From a virus, in the IMG/VR virus record IMGVR_UViG_3300025291_000002: DNA of 52,813 nucleotides; one strand, written 5' to 3'. This document shows positions 17,949 through 26,507 of the stretch, in pieces. The position numbers and the translations under genes were made by a program. How positions within the stretch are numbered: position 1 is the stretch's first letter; each line of letters opens with the position of its first letter. The notes below the pieces were generated by a model that saw only the letters and a list, made by a program, of their open reading frames with translations, was not told the DNA's origin and made no database searches.

Positions 17949-19328
17949 TCAGGCGGCCAGTGCCTCTGCCTCGCGCGCCGCCATCCAGCTTCTTGTGATG
18001 ACCGCCATTGCTTCAGCGGTCGCCGGCGCAGGATGCGTTCCATCAGTTGTGCCTGCCTGCTGCCACTTATAATACGACGCCTGGCCCTTGGTCTGGCCAA
18101 TGCGCCAAGCGCTGTCGAGGTTGATCAGCGTTTGCGGGCTGTTTGGAGTGCCGACCTTGGCAGCGAGCGTATCCATGAAGAGATCGACGTCGCCGCCAGC
18201 ATCCCACATTGGACCCCAGACGGACTGATCGGAGCCGTCTGCCAGTGCCCATGCGCCTGTGGTGCGGGGGCCGAGCTTGGTCCGCCCGAGCCTGATTGGC
18301 TGGCCGCCTGCGACTGGAGCATTTGCCAGGATCTGAGCCCATACCGCCGTGACAGCGTTAACTTGGAAGGTAACCGAGCCCGTATTTGCCGCACCTTGCG
18401 TTGGGAAATTGTTCGTGCCGTATTCTTCAATGAACGTGTTGCAGAGGGCGAGGTATTGGTTCAGCGTAGCGGCTGCAGTCGTCCAGAGGCCTGAAAGACC
18501 GGCGTTCATACCGAAGTTGATGCCGCCCCTCGCGCCAGATACCCCGATCACCGACCATAGCGCCCGGGTGAAGAAGCCGGCCGCGACCTGCGTGATGTTG
18601 CTGCCGGACATGTCGCCGACGTTCTGCATGATGCTGTCACCGATGCCGCCATAAGTAAGCGGGTCGCCGGATACGAACTCACCGACGAGCTTGACCGACA
18701 TGAACCGATCGTTGGTCGGCGCAGTGCCGGTATAGGTGAAGGCCCCCGACCCGTTGATATTGGTGATCGTCGTCACGGCGGGATCATAAATGTGCGAATA
18801 CATCCCGAACTGGGCATAGGCCGGGCTGAAATTGTGCTTGCACCACTTGTTACCGTTTGCGGGCACGCCGCCGCCGTAGCGGATGTAAAACTTGCTGTCG
18901 CGCGTGAACTTCGACAGGCCGAAAGCCGACGGAAGAATCGGATCGGAGAAGACAAAGGCCTCACCATCGGCCAGCGTCCGGCTCGGCGATCCACCGAAGA
19001 GCACCGGAACGGCCTGCCCGGTGGCATCACTGACGAGATACATTTCGTCATAGGTGAAGGTGTTGCCGGGAAGCTGAATGTTTGCGGTGCCGACGGCGAA
19101 GTTCTCGACGAGGACGCGCACCTTTCTGGCATCGCCCGAGCCAATGTAAACAGGCCAGTTACCGCAGGTTTTCGTGCGGCTGGATGCTGATGCCAGGACC
19201 GCGCCAGCCATCCAGTTCGTGGGGCTCAGGGCGCGCGTGATACCGGTAGCGGGAGGGCCACCACCGCCACTTGCTGCGATGATGCCCGCCCCAACCAGAG
19301 CAGCAATAGAAATCGGTGAACGTGCCAT
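17949..19328 (-). CDS. Signal-peptide-bearing SGNH/GDSL hydrolase inserted in the head module
   Basis: 459 aa with SD AAGGAG. The N-terminus (MARSPISIAALVGAGIIAAS) looks like a signal peptide. SGNH blocks: GIGDSIMQN (I), YGTNNF (III-like), DGTHP (V). Confidence 0.7.
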   Translation of the reverse strand: MARSPISIAALVGAGIIAASGGGGPPATGITRALSPTNWMAGAVLASASSRTKTCGNWPVYIGSGDARKVRVLVENFAVGTANIQLPGNTFTYDEMYLVSDATGQAVPVLFGGSPSRTLADGEAFVFSDPILPSAFGLSKFTRDSKFYIRYGGGVPANGNKWCKHNFSPAYAQFGMYSHIYDPAVTTITNINGSGAFTYTGTAPTNDRFMSVKLVGEFVSGDPLTYGGIGDSIMQNVGDMSGSNITQVAAGFFTRALWSVIGVSGARGGINFGMNAGLSGLWTTAAATLNQYLALCNTFIEEYGTNNFPTQGAANTGSVTFQVNAVTAVWAQILANAPVAGGQPIRLGRTKLGPRTTGAWALADGSDQSVWGPMWDAGGDVDLFMDTLAAKVGTPNSPQTLINLDSAWRIGQTKGQASYYKWQQAGTTDGTHPAPATAEAMAVITRSWMAAREAEALAA

Positions 19329-19364
19329 CGGTATCTCCTTGGCTGCTCTGGGGTTTGGAGGTGG

Positions 19365-19739
19365 TTAAGCGGCGGGCTTGTGCAGGTCGGCGAAAGCGGC
19401 CTTGTCTTCGTCCGACAGTTCGTCGAAGCCGGCGACGTCGTCCTTGCGGAGGCCCTTGCTGACAGGCTCGCCGTCCTTCGTGATCACGTAATAGCCGCCG
19501 CCCTTGCTCTCGACCGCATAGCCGGGAGTGACGGAGCCGTTGGCAGGGTTGGTCACAGCCTGCTTGCCTTCGGTCGATCCCGAGATGACCTCATAGCGGC
19601 CGGCCCAGTCGGTCGGCTCCTTCATGACGTCGATTTCCGTACCGATCGGGATCTCGCCGCTCGGGTTCTCTTCCGATGGCTTGCCGTACAGGCCGGACGA
19701 GGTTGCGCCCTTGAACGGCGCGATGATCTTGATGCGCAT
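19365..19739 (-). CDS. Hypothetical protein downstream of the capsid gene
   Basis: 124 aa with SD AAGGAGG and coding-like composition. Confidence 0.7.
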   Translation of the reverse strand: MRIKIIAPFKGATSSGLYGKPSEENPSGEIPIGTEIDVMKEPTDWAGRYEVISGSTEGKQAVTNPANGSVTPGYAVESKGGGYYVITKDGEPVSKGLRKDDVAGFDELSDEDKAAFADLHKPAA

Positions 19740-19777
19740 GATGGGCCTCCTTCGGCCATTGCGTGATGAGGGGAAGG

Positions 19778-19795
19778 CCCCGCCCGAAGGCGAGG
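19778..19795 (-). terminator. GC-rich hairpin just downstream of the capsid gene (possible partial terminator or stabiliser)
   Basis: Plus-strand CCCCGCC-cgaa-GGCGAGG, 7 bp including one G-U pair. No strong U-tract. Confidence 0.3.
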
Positions 19796-19802
19796 CAGGT
19801 CA

Positions 19803-20837
19803 TCAGGTGCTGACGCTATAGAAGACGCCGGACCGGCCGTTGATGTCGGCGCGGATCTCGATGCCCAGCGCGTTCATGACGAGGAACTGATAGTTCGCCG
19901 TCGGCGTGTTGCGGGGCATCGCCGTGGTGTTGGTCGCCATGCCGATCAGCGGGCGGATGTACTCAGCCGACGGCACGAAGCCGAAGAACTGGTTGCCCGT
20001 CAGCTCGAAGGATACCGCGATCTTGTTGATGCGGCGGTTCAGCAGAAGCTGGGACAGACGCGTGCCGAGCGTGATGCCGGCTGCCGTGTTGACCTGGCGG
20101 TCAAGGTTTCTCGCGATCTCCGGGGAGATGTAGAGGTTGACCTTGCCGGCGATGTAGTTGGCATCCAGCATGGCGCCGAACGGGCCGTTGAAGAATGCAT
20201 CGATCGCCGGCCAGTCGGCCGAGGTGAGGTCGATGTTATTACCGGACGGGCCGATGTTGATCGACTTCGAGTAGGGCGAGGTCTTGATGCCGTAGCCCGT
20301 GTAGCCCTGGAAGACGATGCTGGCATCGCCGTTCAAGACATAGAGGGCGTTGTCGCGGCGGATCTTCGCCGTGATGGCTTCCTGGTCGTCGGAGAGAGCA
20401 TCGAAGTTCTCGGACTGCAGGGTGTTCCACTCGCGCCACTCGCGGCCATAGCCGGACGAGAAGATTGGCACGGGCGTTCCCCGGTAGTCATAGGCGACCT
20501 TGTCGAGGCCGATCGGGACCTGACCGGAGATCGACCGCACGACCGCGCCGGCATCACCGGAGACGCGATTGAGCGCCACGATCTTGCCGATGTTGACCGT
20601 GCGGGCGAGCGGCATGAGATCAGCCATCCAGACCTGACCTTCGTCCGCACGCATGACGCGGCGGGTCGTGTCGTCGAGGTCGAACCAAGCATCGCGGGGA
20701 AGCACGGCAGAGGCGTTCTGCAGTTCCGCGAAGTGCGCTTCCACATTGTGGAAGTGCTGGCGCTCGGCAGAGACTTCTCCCCACCACTGCGCATGCGCCG
20801 CGGAGTTCGCGACAAGCTGCTCGTCGAAATAACGCAT
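19803..20837 (-). CDS. Major capsid protein
   Basis: 344 aa with strong SD (TAAGGAGA). It follows the scaffold and decoration genes. No motif can be verified by eye. Confidence 0.7.
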   Translation of the reverse strand: MRYFDEQLVANSAAHAQWWGEVSAERQHFHNVEAHFAELQNASAVLPRDAWFDLDDTTRRVMRADEGQVWMADLMPLARTVNIGKIVALNRVSGDAGAVVRSISGQVPIGLDKVAYDYRGTPVPIFSSGYGREWREWNTLQSENFDALSDDQEAITAKIRRDNALYVLNGDASIVFQGYTGYGIKTSPYSKSINIGPSGNNIDLTSADWPAIDAFFNGPFGAMLDANYIAGKVNLYISPEIARNLDRQVNTAAGITLGTRLSQLLLNRRINKIAVSFELTGNQFFGFVPSAEYIRPLIGMATNTTAMPRNTPTANYQFLVMNALGIEIRADINGRSGVFYSVST

Positions 20838-20849
20838 GTCGGTTTCTCC

Positions 20850-21296
20850 TTATGCGAAGTGGTAGCCCTTGGCAGCGCGGACGCTGACAAGCTGGTCGGC
20901 ACCAGAGGTGTTGTTGTAGGTCTCGTTCGCGAACGCGACGACGAAGGTGCCGGTGGTGGCAGGAATGAACTTGCCAGCAGCGTTGACCGAAAGGGCGGCA
21001 TCCTGCGTGATGCTGGTGCCGGTGGGGACGCGGACGCGGAACAGCTGCTCATCGAGCAGCTCCATGCCGATGATGCGGTCATTCGCGAGCCAGGCATCAT
21101 CAACGCCCTTCATGGCGAGATAATTGTCCTGGGCGACGAAAATCCGGCCCTTGCTGGAAGCATTCGCCTGGACGAATGCGCCGGCAGTGCGGACAAGCGC
21201 CGTGCCTGGAAGAACCGCTGTGGTGCAGATCGCCTCATGCACCTGAGGCTTAACTTCCTCGACGGGGCCGCCGTAAATCTTGTTGTAACGGGCCAT
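20850..21296 (-). CDS. Head decoration / DUF2190-like protein
   Basis: True start is ATG 21296 (MARYNKIYGGPVEE) behind SD GGAGA. The ORF-track N-terminus (to 21539) is an out-of-frame overlap with the scaffold gene. 148 aa, between scaffold and capsid. Confidence 0.55.
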   Translation of the reverse strand: MARYNKIYGGPVEEVKPQVHEAICTTAVLPGTALVRTAGAFVQANASSKGRIFVAQDNYLAMKGVDDAWLANDRIIGMELLDEQLFRVRVPTGTSITQDAALSVNAAGKFIPATTGTFVVAFANETYNNTSGADQLVSVRAAKGYHFA

Positions 21297-21297
21297 G

Positions 21298-22419
21298 TTA
21301 CTTGTCTCCCTTCGGAAGCTTGAAGCCTTCGGTCTTCTCGCCGCCGCCGTTGAAGGCGGCGTTGAGGCCGACGGACTTCTTCGGGTCTGCCTGGGGTGCC
21401 AGGGCGCGCAGCGTGGCCAGCGGGGTTGCCTTCGCCGTCGCCTCGTCGAGGATCTTGGCGTTGACGACCTTCGTGACGAGCTCGGCATGCTCGGCGTCGT
21501 CCTTGGCCTTCTGGTTGGCGACCATCTCGGCCTGTGCATCGAGCACCGGCTTGAGGGCGGCGGTTACGGAGTTGGCGATGGTTTCGCCAATCTTCGCCAT
21601 GCTTCCCGAGAGGGCTTTGACCTCATCGGAAAGCGACTTGAACTGCTCGTCGGTGACAGGCATCTCGTCTTCCTTCGTGTTGGTTGAGGATTCCCGCTCG
21701 TTGAAGCCCAAGGCTTCCATCATTGCGGTCTTGGTCTTCTCCCACAGGCCGACGTTCTTCCGGCGCATGAGAGCTTCAACGAGGCGTGTTCCAGCCCAGT
21801 CGATTTCCTGGTCGGCGGCGTCCGTCAGTGCGGAGTTGACGACCTCGATGTCTTCCATCTCGCCCTTGGCGTTGACGAGCATGCCGACGCCCTGATCGGG
21901 GGTGGCTGCGCCCTCCTCGCCAATGAGGATCGCGTCATGGTCAAACACCATGTTTCGGGCAATGCGCTTGTGATCGGAGGCGTTGACCGTCTCCATAGTG
22001 GCGAGAAGACCAGTCGAGGTGTGGACCGGGCCGCCTGCCTCAATCGCGGCAAGAACTGCCCTTCCGCCTTCCGTGCGGTTGGCGACCTCAACATCGATCA
22101 CCTTGTCCAGCAGCACGCGGCCGCCTTCCCGGCGCACGTTCTCGTTCCATGCCCCGATATGGCCGATGTTGACGCCTTCCGGGTCTCGGGCGGAGATGAA
22201 CTTGCCGTTGACCAGCGGATGACCGAGTGGAGCCGGCGACCGGTTGAGCGTCAGATAGCTCTTCTCGATCTCCTCGGACGGGTATTTGATCCCGTTCATG
22301 ATGATGTCGTCCGGCAGGGTCGCCGAGGGCACGATAACCACATCACGGCCGTTGCGCTTTTCCTTGCGGACAGCCTTCACGTTCGCCAGTGACCTGACGT
22401 TCACACGCACCTGGGGCAT
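21298..22419 (-). CDS. Capsid scaffold (possibly protease-scaffold fusion)
   Basis: 373 aa with a globular N-terminal half and a C-terminal Ala/Lys/Glu-rich coiled coil. It lies between portal and capsid. Confidence 0.55.
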   Translation of the reverse strand: MPQVRVNVRSLANVKAVRKEKRNGRDVVIVPSATLPDDIIMNGIKYPSEEIEKSYLTLNRSPAPLGHPLVNGKFISARDPEGVNIGHIGAWNENVRREGGRVLLDKVIDVEVANRTEGGRAVLAAIEAGGPVHTSTGLLATMETVNASDHKRIARNMVFDHDAILIGEEGAATPDQGVGMLVNAKGEMEDIEVVNSALTDAADQEIDWAGTRLVEALMRRKNVGLWEKTKTAMMEALGFNERESSTNTKEDEMPVTDEQFKSLSDEVKALSGSMAKIGETIANSVTAALKPVLDAQAEMVANQKAKDDAEHAELVTKVVNAKILDEATAKATPLATLRALAPQADPKKSVGLNAAFNGGGEKTEGFKLPKGDK

Positions 22420-22425
22420 GAGCGA

Positions 22426-23802
22426 TTATTCCTGTGTGGGTGTGGGTTTCCCGAGAGATGCGGCGGTTTCTTCATCCGTCGCTTCGTCTCGATACTTGTC
22501 GCCTTCGTCCAGCGGCTCATAGCCGACGGCGCCGCGGATATCCTCGGGCGTGAAGACCCACTCGGTGGTGCCGGTCTTCTGGTTGACGTCGGCCATCTTC
22601 ACGGCGCGGTCGATCTTCTCGCCCATCGATGCCTCTGTCAGGTCGGCCTGGTCGATGAACCAGTCCTTCTCCGGCAGGATGCCGAAGCGAACGAGCCGTG
22701 TGACAAACTCCATGATGTTCGGATGCGTGATATTGGCGCGGCGCGACATGCAGGTCTGCGCCCACTCGTCTGCATCCTCTTGGCTGGCGCGCTCGCCTGT
22801 CTGCATGCCGATCAGGATCTTCACCGGCATAGTGATGGAGGCTGCGAACGAGCTCAGCGGGGTTCCGAAGAAGTGCTCGGGCGACGGCAGCGTAACATTG
22901 AGCTGCTTCGCCTGCATGCCCATGAGCATCAGAAGCTGATCGAAGCCGGCGTTATAGTCGGCCACCTGATCGTTCATCTTGTCGGCAAGCTCTTCGACCG
23001 TGACACCCATGGCCTTCGCCATCTGGTCGATCTTGGCTTCCTTGTCGATTTCGAGCACCGGCGCCGACTTGGCGTTCTTCCAGAAGCCCTCGCCCCCCGC
23101 GCCCTTGACCTTGTCCATGTCAATCAGGTCGTTGAAGCCAGGTTCAAGGATCGACCGGCCATAGATCGTGCCGTCTTCCGACCAGATCAGCACGCGGTCG
23201 GGATGGATGCGAAGCTGGCGATTCTGCTTCTTGTCACCGTCCAGAGCGGACTCGGTGAACTGATACATGGTCGGCTCGCCATAGGTTTCCGACCGAGGAT
23301 CAGCATCATATTCGGCGACCGTGAGCTGACCTTTCCAGACCGGGTCGACCTTATAAAGACCATCGAGCCCACCCGGTACGCGGTCGACTGGCTGGTCGAA
23401 TGCCTTGCCGTCCCTCACCCGTAGGATCACGCCGGAATAGCCGCCCACCATTGCCATGCGGTCCGCATCGGCAAGCTTGGCCCACAGGCGCAGCGCGGCA
23501 AACTTCTTGCGGATATCCCTTTCGAGTGTCGTTTCCTTCTGCGGGCCGGTTTCCGAGCCGTCGCGCTCCTGCTCAAGGAGGAATGGCGCGTCCTGCCATG
23601 TCTTCAGTGCCGTCTTGTCCACGCCGGCAGCAGCCACGCCGTTGCGCAGATACATCTTGTAGAGCTGATCAAAGGTCAGCGTCTCAGGCCAGCCGAAGTC
23701 CTTGTAGTAGTCATGCTTGACGTTCTGACCCGGGAAGAAGGCCGGGAACATGCTGCCGAGCCGGCGCTGTGCGTAGTTTGCCAGCCGTACAACTTGGTTC
23801 AT
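22426..23802 (-). CDS. Portal protein
   Basis: 458 aa, ATGA-coupled to TerL, with an acidic C-terminus. The DUF1073-like N-terminal region reads FGWPETLTFDQLYKMYLRNGVA. Confidence 0.75.
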   Translation of the reverse strand: MNQVVRLANYAQRRLGSMFPAFFPGQNVKHDYYKDFGWPETLTFDQLYKMYLRNGVAAAGVDKTALKTWQDAPFLLEQERDGSETGPQKETTLERDIRKKFAALRLWAKLADADRMAMVGGYSGVILRVRDGKAFDQPVDRVPGGLDGLYKVDPVWKGQLTVAEYDADPRSETYGEPTMYQFTESALDGDKKQNRQLRIHPDRVLIWSEDGTIYGRSILEPGFNDLIDMDKVKGAGGEGFWKNAKSAPVLEIDKEAKIDQMAKAMGVTVEELADKMNDQVADYNAGFDQLLMLMGMQAKQLNVTLPSPEHFFGTPLSSFAASITMPVKILIGMQTGERASQEDADEWAQTCMSRRANITHPNIMEFVTRLVRFGILPEKDWFIDQADLTEASMGEKIDRAVKMADVNQKTGTTEWVFTPEDIRGAVGYEPLDEGDKYRDEATDEETAASLGKPTPTQE

Positions 23803-25481
23803 CGGTGCCTCTTGCTCAGGAACATGGCGACCGTCGGTCCTGCCGGCGGGTCCACGAATGTCAGCATCAGCGCATCAGCATAGTCAGGCGATGCGATACC
23901 GCGCTTTGCGAGCGCCTCTTTCCGTTCGATGACGATCTTGCCCTTTTCATTGCGCCCCCACTTCACCAGGGAGAGCTGCAGGCAGAGCTCGTCGGATTCC
24001 TTGTCGCCACTGGGCAGCGCCAGAAGGTCGGTGACCTCGTGCTGCAGGCCGCCCTTACCTTCGAGCCACAGGACGTGCTCATGCGTGCGCTGCAAGGCCG
24101 TGCGGCAAAGCCACCAGATTTCAGCCTTCAGGTTCCCGAACATCTCTACCGAGGTTCGACCGTCCGGCCATTCCCGATCTTCCGAGGGCGGAAGGCCGGT
24201 GTTGATCGGCGTCACCGTCAGGTGCGCAAACAGCCTCGCCTTCTCTGGATCGTCCGACCGATGCATCATCGTGGACGAGACGCCTGCACCGACGCCAGGG
24301 GCATCGAAGTTCAGCGTGTCGCACCGCTCTGACAAGGCAGCTTCAAGCGCCCACCAGGCAGTCTCGGTGGTATCAGGATCACCGCGGCTATGCGGCACCT
24401 CGACGACCGCCCCCCGCCTGGGGACGACAATTGACTTGGCCTTGCCGGCGCCGACGTCCACGCCAAGGCGGCCATCGTTGCTCGGCCTTAGGCGTGGCTC
24501 CAGGCTGCGAAGGCGCTTAGCACTCTCCACCCACAGCGCCGGGATGCAGATGCCCTCCACCGATGCGCTGTAGTCGATATCGTACTCGCTCGCCCATGTG
24601 GTCGGGTCGGAGAAGCTGGCCTGCTTGTTCGCGGCCCACTCTTCTGTCTTGCGAGGATCATCGCGCCAGTGGATGCGCATGATCTGGTTTGGCTTAAGGA
24701 TCGAGTGGCGCTTGCGGGCGAAGAGGTTGCCCATGCCATTGACCGACGAAACCCAGATGACGCAATCGGTGTTGCCGGACAGTGCCTTCTCGACTACCTC
24801 AGCGTTCGGAACGAATGCCGCTTCGTCGACGACGTACATCGAGGATCGACCGCCGCGGCCCATATCCTCGCCGCCCTCGCCCGATATCACAGCGCCTGTC
24901 TCGGGGTTGGCCAGGCGCATGTAGTTGTCGTGCTGCGCCCACGAGAAGCCCTCGGGGAGCATCTCAGGAGGCAGGCGTCGGCCCATGATCCGTATCTTGG
25001 CGAAGATGCTGTCCGGGTTATCCTTCTTGTCAACGTAATCGACCTTGCGAGAGCCGAACGTTGCCTTGAAGCCCGGGTTAAAGAGCCACTGATGCAGCGC
25101 TACGCCGGCCGTGATGTAGGTCGCCCCGGTGTCACGGCTTTTCTCGATAAGCCCCTCTTCCTCGCGCCTGATCTTTTCCAGCAGCCAGAGAACGGCTTCG
25201 CGCTGCCTTGGCCAGAGCCTGAATTGAACGTAGGCGCCGCCTGGCTTGCCTACCAAGCGCGGGTCGTATGTCCAAACCCACTTGTCGAACCAGTAAAGGA
25301 TGTCGGCGGCGCAGCGCTCTTTCTCTGCCTTCCATCCACCGGCGTCTGCCTCGACGCGCTCCCTCTGCTCTCGCTCTGCCTGCCTCTTCCGCTTTGCTTC
25401 GAGAAGGGCGAGGTATTCACGCTTCTCCCTCAGGCTCATCTTCGCCAGCACCAGCTGCGAGGGCTGCAATGCGAGCATCAA
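23799..25481 (-). CDS. terL: Terminase large subunit
   Basis: 560 aa, between TerS and portal. It has an ATPase N-terminal half and a nuclease-like C-terminal half. The start is uncertain (alternative ATG 25439). Confidence 0.8.
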   Translation of the reverse strand: MMLALQPSQLVLAKMSLREKREYLALLEAKRKRQAEREQRERVEADAGGWKAEKERCAADILYWFDKWVWTYDPRLVGKPGGAYVQFRLWPRQREAVLWLLEKIRREEEGLIEKSRDTGATYITAGVALHQWLFNPGFKATFGSRKVDYVDKKDNPDSIFAKIRIMGRRLPPEMLPEGFSWAQHDNYMRLANPETGAVISGEGGEDMGRGGRSSMYVVDEAAFVPNAEVVEKALSGNTDCVIWVSSVNGMGNLFARKRHSILKPNQIMRIHWRDDPRKTEEWAANKQASFSDPTTWASEYDIDYSASVEGICIPALWVESAKRLRSLEPRLRPSNDGRLGVDVGAGKAKSIVVPRRGAVVEVPHSRGDPDTTETAWWALEAALSERCDTLNFDAPGVGAGVSSTMMHRSDDPEKARLFAHLTVTPINTGLPPSEDREWPDGRTSVEMFGNLKAEIWWLCRTALQRTHEHVLWLEGKGGLQHEVTDLLALPSGDKESDELCLQLSLVKWGRNEKGKIVIERKEALAKRGIASPDYADALMLTFVDPPAGPTVAMFLSKRHR

Positions 25482-25863
25482 TTTCCTCTTCGGTCAGGTT
25501 GGCGTACTCGATCGGGCCGCCGTTCGGGCCGGAGTGTTCGCGCTTCAGCGGGGCATAACTGCCCTGCATCTTGTTGGCCTCAGCGATCGCAGAGATCGCC
25601 ACCCGAGCGTCTTTCTCCGCGTGGCTATCGAAGATCGTCTTGAGGGCTTGAAGCCTGTCAGCGGCCGTCCATTCCGCCTTCTTCTCGACTTTCTCTTGCG
25701 CCTTGGCGATGGCTGCAGCGATGTCAGGTTTTGAAAGGTTCTCTGACCCGACACTGCGCGCCGTCTTAGCGCTATAGCCAGCTCGTATGGCCGCCTTGGT
25801 AGCGTTCAGATCAATCAGGTACTCGGAGACGAACCGGCGCTGCTTCGCACTCAGAGATGGCAT
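25417..25863 (-). CDS. terS: Terminase small subunit (Terminase_2 type)
   Basis: The signature LSAKQRRFVSEYLIDLNATKAAIRAGYSAKTA is present. The likely start is ATG 25863 (MPSLSAKQ). The ORF-track start at 25929 overlaps the DUF3309 ORF. Confidence 0.8.
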   Translation of the reverse strand: MPSLSAKQRRFVSEYLIDLNATKAAIRAGYSAKTARSVGSENLSKPDIAAAIAKAQEKVEKKAEWTAADRLQALKTIFDSHAEKDARVAISAIAEANKMQGSYAPLKREHSGPNGGPIEYANLTEEEIDARIAALAAGAGEDEPEGEA

Positions 25864-25876
25864 ACGGCACCTTGGG

Positions 25877-26032
25877 TCAAACCCGCCCCAGCAAGACCAG
25901 AATGATGATAATCGTGAGAACGAGAGCAACGCCTCCGGTCGGTCCGTAACCCCAGCTTGCCGAGTAAGGCCAGTTCGGGAGGGCTCCGATGAGGAGCAGG
26001 ATCAGGATGATGAGGAGGATGGTGCCGAGCAT
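25877..26032 (-). CDS. DUF3309-family small membrane protein (51 aa, unlisted)
   Basis: My own translation: MLGTILLIILILLLIGALPNWPYSASWGYGPTGGVALVLTIIIILVLLGRV. Strong SD AAGGAGA. The sequence pattern matches the widespread DUF3309 peptides. Confidence 0.8.
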   Translation of the reverse strand: MLGTILLIILILLLIGALPNWPYSASWGYGPTGGVALVLTIIIILVLLGRV

Positions 26033-26044
26033 GTCAGGTCTCCT

Positions 26045-26182
26045 TTATAGCGCCCGCCACAGATCGCGACCTGGCGGTTCGTAATGCCCACACCCCGCAA
26101 GTGACGCGAGCCCGGCGATCCCGAAGGCGATAGCGGCGACCGTGATCATGATCGTGATTGTCGAGCGTTCTTTGCGCGTCAT
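26045..26182 (-). CDS. 45-aa lipoprotein (lipobox LAGC)
   Basis: MTRKERSTITIMITVAAIAFGIAGLASLAGC|GHYEPPGRDLWRAL. ATG 26182 overlaps the upstream stop (ATGA). The longer 92-aa ORF-track form is unlikely. Confidence 0.6.
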   Translation of the reverse strand: MTRKERSTITIMITVAAIAFGIAGLASLAGCGHYEPPGRDLWRAL

Positions 26183-26256
26183 GGGACGATCCACAGTGAG
26201 AGCCATCCAGATACCAGGATGACGATGAGGAGAGTGATGAAGGCGTCTGTGGTCAT
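26179..26256 (-). CDS. 25-aa hydrophobic peptide (unlisted)
   Basis: My own translation: MTTDAFITLLIVILVSGWLSLWIVP. ATGA overlaps at both ends. Confidence 0.45.
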   Translation of the reverse strand: MTTDAFITLLIVILVSGWLSLWIVP

Positions 26257-26402
26257 GCAGCTTGGCGGACCATACGGACGGCATTGAGAGCGCCCTGCAC
26301 GTTCGGCCACGCATCGAAATCACCGGGGAGGATCATCTTCTTGACCGTTGGGCTCACTTGCGCCTCGGCTGCGGCCTTGCGCGCGACCTCAATGTCAGTC
26401 AT
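26253..26402 (-). CDS. 49-aa soluble protein (unlisted)
   Basis: My own translation: MTDIEVARKAAAEAQVSPTVKKMILPGDFDAWPNVQGALNAVRMVRQAA. SD GGAGAG. Its stop overlaps the next start. Confidence 0.5.
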   Translation of the reverse strand: MTDIEVARKAAAEAQVSPTVKKMILPGDFDAWPNVQGALNAVRMVRQAA

Positions 26403-26414
26403 CTCGCTCTCCTG

Positions 26415-26448
26415 AAATGCGAAGCCCGCCTCGGCGAACCGGGCGGGC
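26415..26448 (-). terminator. Rho-independent-like terminator after the 248-aa regulator-like gene
   Basis: GCCCGCC-N11-GGCGGGC stem (26424..26448), followed on the minus strand by TTCGCATTTC. Confidence 0.45.
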
Positions 26449-26507
26449 TGTGTGGGGTCGGGAAGCTCTGCAGTAGCAGAGGCGGATAGATGTCACCTCT
26501 TCCCTAT

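Noticed and set aside
24669-25643. 324-aa plus-strand ORF (similar cases: 15580..16518, 28648..29574, 38323..39297, 20333..21103)
   Set aside because: All are antisense or alternative frames of recognisable genes (TerL/TerS, Mu F-like, DnaB, DUF3560-like, capsid) and have Arg/Pro/Ser-rich sequences.
25864-25929. N-terminal extension of the small terminase ORF (MLSFSRLSSFWSCWGGFDPRC)
   Set aside because: It overlaps the 3' end of the well-supported DUF3309 ORF in another frame. The Terminase_2 homology begins right after Met 25863.
3347-25929. Gene transfer agent (GTA) rather than a phage
   Set aside because: The tail-tip gene order is GTA-like. However, the element is about 52.7 kb and has its own repressor switch, replication, recombination, integrase/attP and lysis modules, so it is a bona fide temperate phage.
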